Shown here in pieces: positions 28,752-41,979 of a stretch of 64,000 bases of DNA (positions are counted from its first letter, which is position 1; the number at the start of each line of letters is the position of its first letter). The position numbers and the translations under genes are program-made. Under the pieces are notes generated by a model, which worked only from the letters and a program-made list of their open reading frames with translations, did no database searches and was not told the origin of the DNA. The stretch comes from Bigelowiella natans CCMP2755. Its lineage: Eukaryota; Protista; Cercozoa. The stretch is taken from NCBI GenBank assembly GCA_000320545.1, contig ADNK01001386.1, positions 62,001 through 126,000 on the forward strand, read 5' to 3'.

Positions 28752-30606
28752 CTTTTACGGTATGTACTGATTATTATTATGATTAATGCTATCATTAAAT
28801 GTGTAGACCGTCAGAAACTATGCTGACCGTTGGCTTAACGGGAAGATGGGGGGAGGGTCTACTATGGATATGGGCTGCTATCTTTTCCAATACCTGTAAG
28901 TAGTAATATTAGTGAGTAGGCTAGTAGGGTGTCGACTTGGTAATAATAATATCAAAAATATGACTGCACGCTACTATAATTTCGATGAGCAAGTTGGCCT
29001 CTCACCATCTCCATAGTAGTGATGTATGCTCACATCGAGTACCCGTTTCATCATCACCATCATTGTCATGATCATTATCATCATCATCACCCCTATCATA
29101 CTCCTCCTCCATAGCCGTATCGGTCATAAGCTGCTACCATTATCTGTCTGTATGTTAATCAGAGTAATGTTAACGGAGGAGCAGCAATCTGTGGAGGAGG
29201 CCACTGGAATGATGGCAAAACAGCAGAGAGATGAGTTCGCAGCAGCCGTATCATCATCTTCTTTCAGACGTAATGCTGCTAGAATCTGCACTTGCGTGTG
29301 TCTGTACGTAGCGTTGTGTAATCGACAATAATGTTATGTAGCTGCTCATTGTCGACACACTTACCGCCGATTTTGTGACCCATCCGAAAGTAGCATCACC
29401 AGGCTGCAGTTTGAGAAGCAACTTGCACGTCGTACATTGTGAGTCATGGACTGCTTCGTTGTGGTGATTGATTCTCTGGCTTTTGATAATCGTTAGGGAT
29501 GAATACGAGGAGGAGGAGGAGGAGGGGGAGTGGGGGGAGGACGGGAGGGCCTTCAAATTCCAGTATCAACGGAGCACACAGTGATGGTCAAAGCGGCAAG
29601 GGCGGTGGTAGAAGGAACACCAGGGGAGAGGAGGAGGATGAGGAGGAAGGGGGAGAGGAAGAGGAGATCCAGGTCCTAGCTGCAATTGGTCAAATCGACC
29701 CAAAATCAAAGTAATTGAAGCCGCCTTTCCCTCCTCTTCCTCCTCTTCCTCTCAATATGAGACTACTAGGTTTAGAGTGAGATTGTCTGCTTATCATTGC
29801 TACTAGTGCTGCTGCTGTTGCTACTGTTTATAAACAACCAACGAGATATAGTGGTTATTATCATCATCTTCTTCTTCTTCTTGACCTTCTCCTTCTTCTC
29901 TTCTAGTGTCGATGTCGATAGCTCGGTGATTATGCAGTACAAGGGCGTCACAGGAAGGTGGTGATGCGCCGCTGCTGCTGATGCTGATGGAAACCATGAC
30001 GATAGTACATAATACTTGGATCAACTTTGTTTGTTGTCCGTGTTGTCATCACGTACTACGACATGTTTTCTCCCTCTCTTTAGATTTGGTTCAAGTTTGA
30101 TTCGATCATCGCCATTTGAGCTCACAGTGATGGGAGAGCATGGTGTCATCAGAATTGCTGCACCTGCAAACTGGTAATGCTCAGAAGAAGAAGAAGAAGA
30201 AGAGGAGGAGGAAGAAATGCGCCTTGAACTGCTAGAAAATGAACGTTATATGAATTCCTCTGCATTATGCTCATTTTAGACAACTTCGCCACATTATAGA
30301 CGCAGTATATGCTACTGTATACATATATATATATATATATATATATATTACACACTCACACTATATCTAGTACATAAAACTAGATATAATACGTTGTGTC
30401 GTCTATGATGCTATTGTCTGCTAAAGTAGGATTCAGAAGACAAAACATGCTCATGTTTTCTTCTACCATTTTTTGAAATGCTTTGCTTTTGCTGCTATTT
30501 CGTTGCTATGCCATTCCATCGGTGGTGCTGCTGCTGCTACTACTACTACTACTACCATCTTGCTTACTATTTTCATTAACATCTTTTGTCACCAACAATA
30601 TTCATC

Positions 30607-30645
<39 letters not shown>

Positions 30646-31810
30646 CTTTAATCAGTCCCGACACCGCATCGTTGACGTCGTTTCAGGATTCCTCCAAAAC
30701 CACATTCATGCCATTTCCGTGCTGCGTAAGTTCCTCCATCTCTTTTAACACACAATCCAACACCTACGGCCATCACCATAATATGCGAATGCTGTATGAT
30801 ATTATCTGATTGTTATGGACAATTGCGCTGCCATACGTATCCTAAAGCGGATTTGTCACAATGCCATCATTATCATCGTTATCATCATCAACATTGTCGT
30901 TTGTTTATCATCATCATCATCATCGTCATCATCACTGTCATAGGTGCAGCCATTGGAAGCTGAAAATACAATATCCCAACCACTACCAGAGTAATGATAA
31001 TAAGTTTCTCATACAGTCATGCTATATATCATCATCACCCGTATCAACAACACGTATGTACAGCAACACCCAGCATGCATTACTTATACAAAAGAGAGAA
31101 AACTTAACACTCAGATCAAATTGTTTCTTCTTCTTCTTCTTCTTTTTCTTTTTCTTCTCTTTCTCCCTCCTCTCATATTGTGATCATTACTACTCTCTAA
31201 AACGATAAATATCCACACTGTTAGTTACCCCCAGGAATTCTACCCGCAGCAGTACCCAAGAGGCACCGGTATAGAGGGGGGGGGGAGGGGGGGGGACAAC
31301 AGCATAAACAGTACATTCGTAGCAGGATAGGGAGCAGCTTGTATCACCTGGGCTGATCATATTTTTGCATGTACTACTATTGCAGGCTTTGTTTACATTA
31401 TCGAAGCAGTGGAGGAGTGTTTGCAGAGCGAAGAAGGGTCGTAGATAATCATGTAGGCTAGAAATCCCCTTTCACACTTTACGTTAGCCGCCATTGTTGT
31501 TGGCTAGCATACATCCAGACATGCTGGCTCTTTGGCCCTGCGTCTGCTTACTTAACCAACAAACCATACACGTTTAACACACCAATTGAGGCTTTGCTTC
31601 TTACATCGCTAAATAGATGCCTGGAGCTCCCTGATGTTTCCCAGGATATGGCTCTGAAGGTAGGACTTTGTAAGTACTGAATATTTTACAGAAAGATGGT
31701 GCTTTGAATCGTTTGTTCCTGTAAGCACTTGATTGTTTCAACATTGGTTGCTCGTTAAGGTTCAAAAGGCTGTTGACGAAGTACGTGCAAGATTGCACGC
31801 AAAGGTGTAG
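25778..31810 (+). CDS. Gfo/Idh/MocA-family NAD(P) oxidoreductase (DHDH-like) with an N-terminal transmembrane anchor, multi-exon
   Basis: IR-WGIAGLGRIAHEF (Rossmann), SYEDLAKDPN-VDIVYIA, KHVLCEK-P, MGGGSTMDMGCY, C-terminal CLELPDVSQDMALK-VQKAVDEVR; TAG 31808-31810. TM segment LCALYGLAILAALSLVAAFSYSIV precedes the domain. Confidence 0.88.
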
Positions 31811-31949
31811 GAGAAAAAGGTCGGGGAACTCTCATCATCATTTATCGTACGCCTGCCAGTCTAATCTCAGTAATGCAAGTGATATCAACGCGAAGCTCTA
31901 TTTATCTAGCATTATGTGTGCATTGTCCTCACAAAAATTTTACAATTCT

Positions 31950-32250
31950 TTGCACTTTAAGTTTAATGAAATGGTCACCCATTGTGTATGCAGTGCTGTG
32001 TGCAAGCTTGTTTTGTCCATCTCCTTTCTCATGCTAGCATGGGACGGACGCTTTTGTGCCGCGTGGTACACTGTGCATGCGCATAGTGCATGCCAACATT
32101 TGTAGATTGATTCACACGTCTGCAAGAGCGAAAACATGCATTCTAGTTCTTATTGCTACAGTGTAGACAGCATGCTAGCATGCTAAATGAAAGCAGCGCC
32201 TCATTCTAATCGGGCGAGTGGCTGCGAGCACGTGCACATGTTTTTAATAT
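31950..32250. other. Convergent 3' spacer with TG/CA-rich palindromic tracts
   Basis: Examples: gtgcatgcgcatagtgcatgc, gcatgctagcatgc, gcacgtgcacatg. Confidence 0.6.
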
Positions 32251-32303
32251 ACAGAATAGCTTTTGGGCTGATATATGCTCGTCGTTGATCTTCCTATTGT
32301 GGC

Positions 32304-34965
32304 CTATAGATTCAGGACCTTGTTCTTGTCCCTGTTGTTTATGTCTCTATTCCTTTTCAAGCGTCGTGACCGAGCATTAACAAACCAATTGCTGACCTGA
32401 ATGTGATAGCCTTTATTTGCACACACACATACACACACGCACAGACATACAAATGCATACATGCATTGATATCAATTAGAGTTGAGGTACAATGAGAAAC
32501 TGTCATTCAGCGCATTTTTCCAGGTAGCAAAATAAAGTGCAAGTAACATGCTTGCACAATCCTCACTGTATCTCGACCGTTGTCGCTATCGCACTCACAA
32601 TTGACCACCACCTGTTTGAAGGATAGTCCAGTAACTTTTCCAAGTAGATCCTTTTCGTTGGGAGTTGGATATGGGTCCTCCAAGTGCGACTGAATGCAAA
32701 GGAAATATTGGATAATCACGCAAAGACCAAAGACACGAAGTGATTGTAAACTAACGCTGCTATTATTTGCTAACTAAACTTGTTCGCAGCAGTAGCAACA
32801 GCACCCATGGCTACAATGAGTAATATGGATAGTTGTAGTTAGATGATGATGATGAGGATGAGCAGCAAAATTATGAGGAGAATAACTACAGGGAAAAAGA
32901 AGAAGAGGGTAATAGCAAGGTAGAGGAGAAAATACTATGATAGCGAAGAAACGGAAAGATAATATCCTTTTCTTGTTGTTTTCATTCACTACAGCTGAGA
33001 TATTTGATTATTTTCGATCTCCCACCAGAAACCAGTTGTTGAGAATTTTCACCTGATGATAACAAATGATCTAATTCACATTGGAGAATTCAAATCCTTG
33101 GCCTATATCTTGACATAATATTCGTCGTTACACATTATAGCATACATATTGGTAAAGTCAGCATACAACTATCATCGTTGAATCTCATATCAAATATCTA
33201 CCTGAGCTCTATTGAAATTGGGTCTTTTTCGTACTACCTCTGGACGCTTGTTGCCACTGCTATTTCTATCGCTGATTCTGGTCAAGGTACTACTTTTGAT
33301 GATATTAGCAGCCTTTCTTGCTTTACTTTCAGGTTTTACGGGGAGCTCCTTATCCAAAAGTTGCAGCAGCAGTGGTTTTGAAGATCGGTTTGGATAATGA
33401 GGTTTATCATTAGTAACAACAGTAGTAGAAGTAGTAGAAGTAGCAGTTGTGAGGGTAGAAGTAGCGGGAGAAGGACGTGCTTTCTTCTTCATTGGTTGTG
33501 CAACTTCGCGGTATTCGGCAGGGAGAGAATGATTTGTCCTTCCTATGTATGTTAGTCGGAGGAAATTATCTCAACTCCCATTTTGGACCCATTTCGTTAT
33601 CAAATGAAAGTTTGCAAAGTAACACTCCACGCACAGGAGGAAGTAGGGCCAATGTGATAAAATAATAGTGATACTTGTATGTTTGCACAACGCAGTGTAT
33701 GTACCTCGAAGTCTTTGATAGTGGGGGCGTTGGCCAGTTGGGCCCATAATATCCTCCTCCTTGTTTTCCTCACGGCACATTCTACTGTCTTTCGGGATTC
33801 AAAACATTCGTCATACACTTTTGTTTTCTCTTTACATTCATCTCACAACCTCCTGACGTGTTCGTTGCCGTCGTCGTCTTGTTGTCCATCTCCTCTCGTA
33901 TCCCTTTGCTGCCTGCCATCATGCACAGGACAGATACGCTCTGGCACTTTTCAGAGTTATTACCATTTAGTCTACAATGTAGAGTACCCGAAATACAACT
34001 GCTACTGCTGCTGTCGCAACCGGCGTAACCAAAGTGTAGGCGGACCGATGGATTGATGCAGCCCTTCCGTTTCCTGCAACAATAATAGGGTTGTGGGAGT
34101 TTGCATCCAATCAATGCACTGCCTTAAATCAAGCATCCTTATCATAATTTACCGGAGATTCTTAGATTTGAGAAGAGACTGCAGTTGAGAAAGCATGAAT
34201 TGTTTACGGGCCATTGGCAATACAGCCTTCACAAATCGTCGGGGCAGCTCTTCTTTGCCATTTCGATTGGCGTATTCATGGCATTGACTCATCGATGGGA
34301 TTGCCTGTGGAATTATACTTTATTGAGCACGCTGTACAACTACGAAGGCCCAATCATGTGCTTCAAATGAATCGTGAATTCTAAAGATTGGTGGAGCTCA
34401 TCCAATCAATTTTTAGCTCTGTACCACCCTTAGACAACGAGGCTATCTCTCGATTCTTCTTTATAAATGAGGCATTTTGACTTTTGAGGACATGTAGTTA
34501 CATCTTTATGTACAACATGCAGATGGATATGATCCATCGTTCTACTTGCGGGGGACGATAGGATGATGACAACCAGGATTGACTATTATCTTCTTCCTTC
34601 TGTGTATGCGACCGCATGCCATGGCTAATTTGTAGGAATTTGATGCTGCAAACAGCTAATTGTTAGTGCAATCATTCTGTCGTACGGAGAAATGGCCCAC
34701 ATTCTCGGGAAGCTGGCCTCTAACAAGGGGTAAGAAGCCGATGACGGACACGGGATTGACCTCGTTGACCGGCCACCGTACTAGGGTAAATCTCGAAAAA
34801 TTCTCGACGACTTCGTTGTTGCGACAACAAAAAATGCATGTCTTAAAGGAATTTATTTTGATGCTTTTTTTGGGAGCATCTCCCGTTGCCGTACCATCCG
34901 CACTTGGTCTTTGCCTTCAGTACTCCGCATTCCAAATGCCTTTTCCAAATTTTGTCCTGCGACAT
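32304..34965 (-). CDS. TALE-class homeodomain transcription factor, multi-exon (5' exons tentative)
   Basis: Spliced homeodomain RKRPNFNRAQ|VKILNNWFL|SHLEDPYPTPNEKDLLGKVTGLSFKQ|VSNWFVNARSRRLK contains the PYP loop and WFxNxR; stop 32304-32306. The start at 34965 (MSQDKIWKRHLECG) is inferred. Confidence 0.88.
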
Positions 34966-35210
34966 GCAATCTCGGGAAGTTTTTAGGTTGAACACTCGGG
35001 GTTTTAGCATGGCGTGACCCGTATGACCGAGCAGACGAACATCGCCGAGCACACTTAATGCCGTCTAGCCGAAGAATGAAGGAGATTTTACCATATTTGC
35101 GGGTGAAACACTTGTCGCTTACAAGAAAAAGAGATGGCAGATCGAAGGAGCAAGACACGTGTCAAAAACACCTCCCAAAGCAGTGCAGGACTTCCTTGTC
35201 CTCCCTGCTC

Positions 35211-36873
35211 ATGAAACTCGCTATTATGACTCGCTTGCAACAGTCAATGATAGCCCTTGGTGTTTTTTGTATGGCAACGTTGCTGATGGGAGGTTACCAC
35301 GTTGCAGATACATACCAATCTTCCCACGCATTAGAAGGGGCGATGAGCGCAGCAACAGAACGGGCAGGGGAGGCACCAGCGGAGAGCTGTGTGGTAAGCA
35401 TGCTATCAGGAAAATCTCTCAGTCCTGCATATGCTCTAGGATCGTTGGTTCTAGCACATAGTTTCCGTGTTCATACCAAACTCAGGCCAAGGCCGAAACT
35501 TGTATTGATACATGACGGCCATGTCGCGAGCGAAATTGTTAATTCGCAAAGAAATGCGACACTAATAGATATGATTGAGGAGACTGGAATATGGGACGAA
35601 GTGATAGAGATGCCTGCACCTCAGGGTATCGAGGGTTCTCCAGTGCACAAAGAATTTGCACCGCTACTGTTCAAGCTCAACGCTTGGCGTTTAGAAAAGC
35701 GCTGTAAACGAATCTTATGGATTGGTACAGACTCAATTGTTGTTGGAAATATTGATAATTTATTCTCCTCGCCTGCTATTCCTGCGGGAGTCCCAGATAT
35801 GTTCATCTGGAAGACGTTCTGGCTATCATCAGCGGTAAATGGCGACTTCTTCCTTTTTGAACCTTCTCTCAACGAATTTAAGAAACTCATGACTATAGTG
35901 AGTACGTCTTCTTGGGAAGATTTAGCTCATGTACAAGGAGCAGGACCAGTTGACCAGGGAATCATAAATAAAAATTACAACTATGATATGTACGTGCTGC
36001 CATGGTTCTACTCTGTCGAGCCTTTGGGTATTGTCGAGCATTTCTACCGTGATAGAAGAACAGGAACAGCAGTCTCAAAAATTTATTCGAAGAATACTAG
36101 AGAACCAATACCCAAACTATTTCTAGACATTGTGGCAGCTCAACTGAACATGACGGGCAGCGTACTACTAGACGGAAGTTGGAATGGAGACTCCCCTTTT
36201 ACAGGGGAAGATTGGCTCACATTAGAGGAGAAGAGAGCACTTATGGTAGATAGTCAACTAAGAATAGGTCTAGACATGTGAGTCATATGTTGCATATCTC
36301 AATGGCCCAGCCATATAAGGATCATACATCTCATCCGTAAATGTGAAAGCAATCGAAAACGACCATCGTATCGTAGGATGAGTTGATACCTAAATCAATT
36401 TGAATTGCATCCACCACATAACTCAAAACTTTATTTTGTTTTTTCAATGTACCAGGTTTTAAAAGATCGAAAGAAATGGAAAACGATACATTATGCAAAT
36501 TGGAACTTCAAACCTTGGAAAAATGGACGTATATTTCCGACGAACGACGACACCGATAATAATAATAATGATGATGATGATAAGATGGTGGTGGTGATGA
36601 TGATGGTGAACGAATAAGATAAATGGACAGAAGTTTGCGATTTTAAGTTTCAACATATAATGTTTTCTCATCACACGTATTCTTACACGTGTACATTGAC
36701 TATTATTAGGAGGAGACGAATATAAGAATGACAGACTCACAAATTACTTCTTCTATATATGGGACGACGTCTGTGTAGATTTGGTTACAAATTACCCTTC
36801 GGTTTCAAGAAATTTTGGTCCATTTGAAGGATATTGTCTCCCAAGTAGTGAGAGAATATTTCAAAGAAAATGA
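35211..36873 (+). CDS. Glycosyltransferase family 8 (glycogenin-like fold), type-II membrane protein, 3 exons
   Basis: N-terminal TM; YALGSLVLAHS, FKLNAWRL, ILWIGTDSIVVGNIDNLF, NGDFFLFEPS, DQGIIN, IHY...KPW; TGA 36871-36873. Confidence 0.85.
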
Positions 36874-37009
36874 GGTCATTAAGATGCCACAACTAGGGTA
36901 TACTCATGTGAAATTCTGGTAATTATTGGGGCGTTTTTAACGATGAATGAAATTCAAGCCAATCTTCTTCAAACAGAAAAAATGAATCAAATGGGACAGG
37001 TTGCTGCTA

Positions 37010-37800
37010 ATGATGACAAAAAATTGCATCCATCGGCGTTCATGCAATGATTCATGACAACGATGTTTGCATTGTGCCACAGCGTCTGCACAGCTTCAGT
37101 GTCATGCCACAGCGCATGGGCGCGCATGGAATCGCAATGAATTTTGGAAGAATGAGCAGCAACATGATGTGCTGCTTCTTCTTTCTTTGCCAAATTGTGC
37201 ACATCCATCGAATGATTGACATCGCATCGCAGAGCTTGTGTTCGCGTTGTTGGGACCAACTAGCCAAGTCGGGTCAGCGTTGTGAGCGTGCAGTTTTTCG
37301 CAGATGAGCTTTGATTTTTCAACACACAAATTCCGATGATTTGCAGCAAATTTCATTGATGTTTCTTGGTTTCATCAAATCAGCCTGATGTCACGCTCGT
37401 CATGATTTTCGCCAAGCCATGATGGTGAGAAAAGCACAGTGGAAAAATCCAGAAAGTTCCTTTGGAACAAGAAAAAACACAGCAGCAAGCCAGCAAGCTG
37501 GACTGGCTGTCAAACAATGCAACAAGTCAACGGAGCAGATGCGTGCTCCACGAGAGGTGGGATTTTGTGCTGACCTGTTTGAGGAGGCTCAACGTCGTTG
37601 GAGGTGGCTGCTCACACACCCCACCCCAGACGGGACACAGGTTTTCGTTCGGGCAAGGAGAGAAGAAATGTGAAGTGAATTTTTCTTCACAGACCATTTA
37701 CAACTGTGCGGCAGTTTCTGCTGTCACAACTGCGTTGATTAGATCGAGATCTGTTTCTGTGCCTAACAGAATTTGGTGAAAATCCCAGAGTTTCACCAAC
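37010..37800. other. TpA-free intergenic island downstream of GT8
   Basis: 37010-37698 (689 bp) contains a single TpA, inside CTAG at 37260-37263. Confidence 0.93.
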
Positions 37801-38332
37801 AAAATAGCTCTTGTGGCTTGCGTGCAACAACTAGGGTTTGGCCTGCATACGTAACCAAGTCACGCAGGATGCGACTTCTCCATGCGAATACAAGCATGGC
37901 ACAAACGGATGCCTTTTTGCCAGGAAAACCGACTTTTATCTCCATTTAGGATGAAAAGGCAACGGGTTTGTGCTCACCGTTAAGACGTTGCGCCCAACTT
38001 TTTAGCGGCAATCGTACGTTCCACGAGAAAGCGTTGAGGTTACTTCGTGAAGGATTTTGTACCAGAAAAGACTGCTTTAGACGTTTCAAAGAGACTGTAT
38101 TTCACTCGAGAGCACCATTGGATTTCCTAGACAGATGAAGGCTTGCGTTTTTTGAATTACAAAAGTATCTTTCAAAATTTGGATGGAAATAGAGGCCATT
38201 TGCTATAATTTATTTAGTTCCCATCGTTGAATTGGGTCTTCAAACAAACTGGTGCTGCACTCATTCACCCGAACTCAACATCCTGATCCCTCATCCGACC
38301 TCCCGCCTCTATTCCTCCTGTTCTCCTGCGAG

Positions 38333-39558
38333 ATGTTTAATGGGCACGTAATGCCATCCGGAACAAGATCGTATTTATCATGGTCTTCTTCGGTGGCTAT
38401 CTTGTTAACAGTGGTCTTCTGTTCGTGGGGGTGGGCAGTAAGAAGTAATAGCTTCTCGTGGAACAGACCGGAACTTAGCCAATCCCCCACTTTCACCAGG
38501 TAAGAAATTAACCCCTTGATATCGACTTACCCCTTTGCAGTTACCACATTCTATTTCTTTCACCCGCCCTTCTCGCACATCAGAAATGAGTTTCCAATCG
38601 AAAGTGTTCACTAATTCATTCTCTCTCTCACACACCCAGAGCAAATGGGATTACATTAGCACCGCCGAGTTATCTGAGGAGATCATCTGGCTTAGCATGC
38701 TCACGAATCTTGGGAAGAGACAGTCTGGTGTGCCAGGTTCAAAGAAGACCGAATAATTGCCGGTCGAGGCTCTCCAACAGGTAGTAAAAGCAAAAGGCTT
38801 GTGTCCTGATATGTTCTCGACCTCGACTCGACTTGCAGTTAACATAGATGATGAGGATTAAAGGTGATAAACTCGCGTGCGTGTTATTTCCGTAGGCAAA
38901 AGCGGAGCATAAAGCACCCAGAAAACATTTTAAGAAAGGAAGCAGCGGAGAGTGCAGTATTAGGCAGTCGCATTGGGCTTGACAAGGTGCGATGGTGTTA
39001 TTGTTGGGAGTATTTTTCTTCATTTCCCAGCTGCATCCCAAAAATATTTGTTGTATTCACTTTGTTGTCGATGTGGATGCAGAAGCGGGCAATGCGAACC
39101 GATTATTGCAGCCTGTGCTCAAGGATGGACGGGAAAATGACATTCCACCACCTCATACCTCGGGCTACACATGGCAAGCGGTGGTGTTTCGTGAGATATA
39201 CCAAAGAAGAAAGAGCATCAGGCGTGTGCCTATGTAGAGACTGTCACGATCAGGTAATGGCCCTATAGTGAAATCCTCCTCGGCGAATAATTGCCATAAT
39301 CATTATCATCCCTACTATTAGGTTCATAAGCACATAAGTGAGAAGGATCTCGCCTTGGAATTCAACACTTTAGAGCGACTGCAGACGCACCCAGGGCTAA
39401 GGAGCTACGTGGATGATAAATCCCCATGGTACTGCCACAACATTGCCATGTTAGTCATTGAATCGTCATGCTTACTGTGCTGATCATAATGAAATTAGGA
39501 GTTGGCTCTCCGTAAGCGGAGGGAGGGAGGGACTAATCGATAGAAGCAGCAAGTATGA
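38333..39558 (+). CDS. YisB-like HNH/zinc-finger protein with a bipartite (plastid-type) leader, multi-exon
   Basis: CSLCSRMDGKMTFHHLIP...CLCRDCHDQ|VHKHISEKDLALEFNTLERLQTHP; hydrophobic signal plus Ser/Arg-rich transit-like exons. The last exons (…SWLS|KQQV*) are tentative. Confidence 0.8.
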
Positions 39559-40169
39559 GGATAAAAAATCTAAGTTTTCAAGGGATGGTGGCAACAAAAG
39601 GAAGGCCTAAATTGTCATTTACAGTTGTCTCTGAGGACTGCTACGATTTTTATTCCTCATGTCACGTAGCCATCTTCATTGTCGTCGCAGTCAAAATGGC
39701 GTCTCATTGATACCAATAACGTGGACTAATTAAAACAGTGATAATTACGCATTTTAAAAGTGTACATAAACATATATCTTGATAGACGTTATAGTCATAG
39801 GCAGAGTATTTTGTATAGAATCCAAAAGGGCATGTTCTTCTATTATTTGTGGTTTTCCTTCCCTTTTCTTGTTGTCATTGAAATTACTTTTAATCATCGT
39901 CAGAGTACAGTGAGTTTCTCTCAGATACCCATATCAATTTACAGACCTAGATAAATTCTCGTTTGCATTTGAGCAAACATTCTCGCTGCCACCATCTAGC
40001 CATTCGGCATCAATTTTATTTAAAAAGCGTGCGCTACTAAGTTGTAAACTTTTTACTTTTTGTGTCCGACTAGTCAACTTAGGCATTTCTACAGCATGCA
40101 TTCCTCATCAATTTTACGATGTGACAGCATTCATCAAGATCTTCAATTTTAGCAAATTATAGACAACGA

Positions 40170-40680
40170 ATTTTTTTGAATGCGTGCGTGCAACCACATA
40201 CATGTGCGGCATTCATGGCATGTCGGAGTGCGAGCGGGCCTACAGACCATGTGCTACCTGCTAGCCTGGCTATATTGCGATCGCATGCGCATCATTACGC
40301 ATACTAATTTAGCAGCTTCGCTTCCTCGCACTGCGTTGGAGCTCGAACATAGCTAGATAATATATCATACATCTGTGCAGGCGACCAACAACAGCGAAGA
40401 TCGATGATGCTCCATCCTCATCAATCGCATCATAGACACAGTATTATATAATGCTATGATTCGCTGCCAACAACTATGGCTACCAATGTAGACATCTAAG
40501 CTTATTTGGTTGTCAATAAAAGCGTTGTGTGCTTGCATTGCTGAGCTGTGCACGCCTGTTGTGCGCGTGTAGTCCCGTTGTGGTATAGTGGAACTACATT
40601 GTGCACACATGCATGCACACACATGGCACGTAGCGTGCGTAGCCACTGGCTAACTAGCTAATATCATAAAATTAGAAGAG
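40170..40680. other. Convergent 3' spacer, TG/CA-rich
   Basis: Examples: gcgatcgcatgcgcatc, gtgcacacatgcatgcacacacatggcacg, plus scattered CTAG. TpA loss is partial. Confidence 0.6.
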
Positions 40681-40856
40681 GCAGGGCCACGCTGTGTTGT
40701 ACTGTCTATCTTAAATCTCACCGTGATTCACGCCGTTCATAACTTCAACATTTAAGACAGCTGATGGCTAGAAGACTTTGTATAATTACTACAGTATTGC
40801 ACAGCTACATTTGGATGACCATTGAAAAAATCTAATTGTTATTTCACTACATCCGT

Positions 40857-40930
<74 letters not shown>

Positions 40931-40984
40931 TTACTGCCAACCTAAGTCTTGCACGGAATAATGCGGAGTTACTTCGAGCGGCCT

Positions 40985-41191
40985 TTATTTTTGGACGGGA
41001 CTAAAGACTTTAAAGCCCAGGTGATTTCCTTTCTGTACTTTCGCAGGCTGCCAACGTGTATCCATACTAATGCGGAATTCCTGTATATTGTTGATGCAGC
41101 ATTTGACAGTCAGCGGCCATCGATAATGTAGCATTTTTTATTTCTGTAACAATAAATGCTACCGCCACAAAAACGGCAAACTACTGCTCCT

Positions 41192-41225
<34 letters not shown>

Positions 41226-41938
41226 AACGACCCCATGACCTACTATACCCGCTATCATGTCCAGATTAGATTTTGTAGATGCAGTCGAGGACAGCGATTT
41301 AATAATAATACCTGTGTTGTATTCTGTGTTGAGGCGTGTATCGTCCTAATATCCATGATCAAGATGTCGCCAGCTTTGAAACTAGACGTCCTCCAGACCT
41401 GCGTGCGCGGAAATTTCATTGGTTGGAATGATGGCAATCATGGTTCCCCTCTGATATACATCGATGTACTACTACTACTCCTACTACTACTACGTTGTTA
41501 GTTTAATGCCACACCGCATCTTTTTGATGAATCTCGAAGTCTTCTGGCAGCTCGCTTTTTAAGTCAACGGATTTATCGTACCCAGGGAGCTTATGAGAGC
41601 TGTTTTTGTAGTATTCGGAATCACATAGGCAACGAGCACAAGCGAGGAAGATTAGTTGCCAACAACGCACATCACGTTGAGACCCTGTGATTTTTTCGGA
41701 ATCATCACTGCGCGCAGGTTTATTAAACAGGAGACAAATTCTCTTTTTGATCGTTCGGCGTTCATTCTATTAGGGTGCGTAAACGATTGGTGGATGCATC
41801 GATTCACCTACCCATCGCAAACTGCGAGAGTGCCATGCAGCGGTGTGTAATCACCGAGCGGAATCCAGCAAACGTAAAGGTCTTCAGAACAATGCGCAAA
41901 TCTAGAAAATAGGATGATGAAAGAATATATAAGAACAC

Positions 41939-41979
<41 letters not shown>

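Noticed and set aside
35058-35210. Upstream ATG extending GT8 to 407 aa
   Set aside because: It overlaps the divergent promoter, and the TM-proximal Met at 35211 (or slightly downstream) is more plausible.
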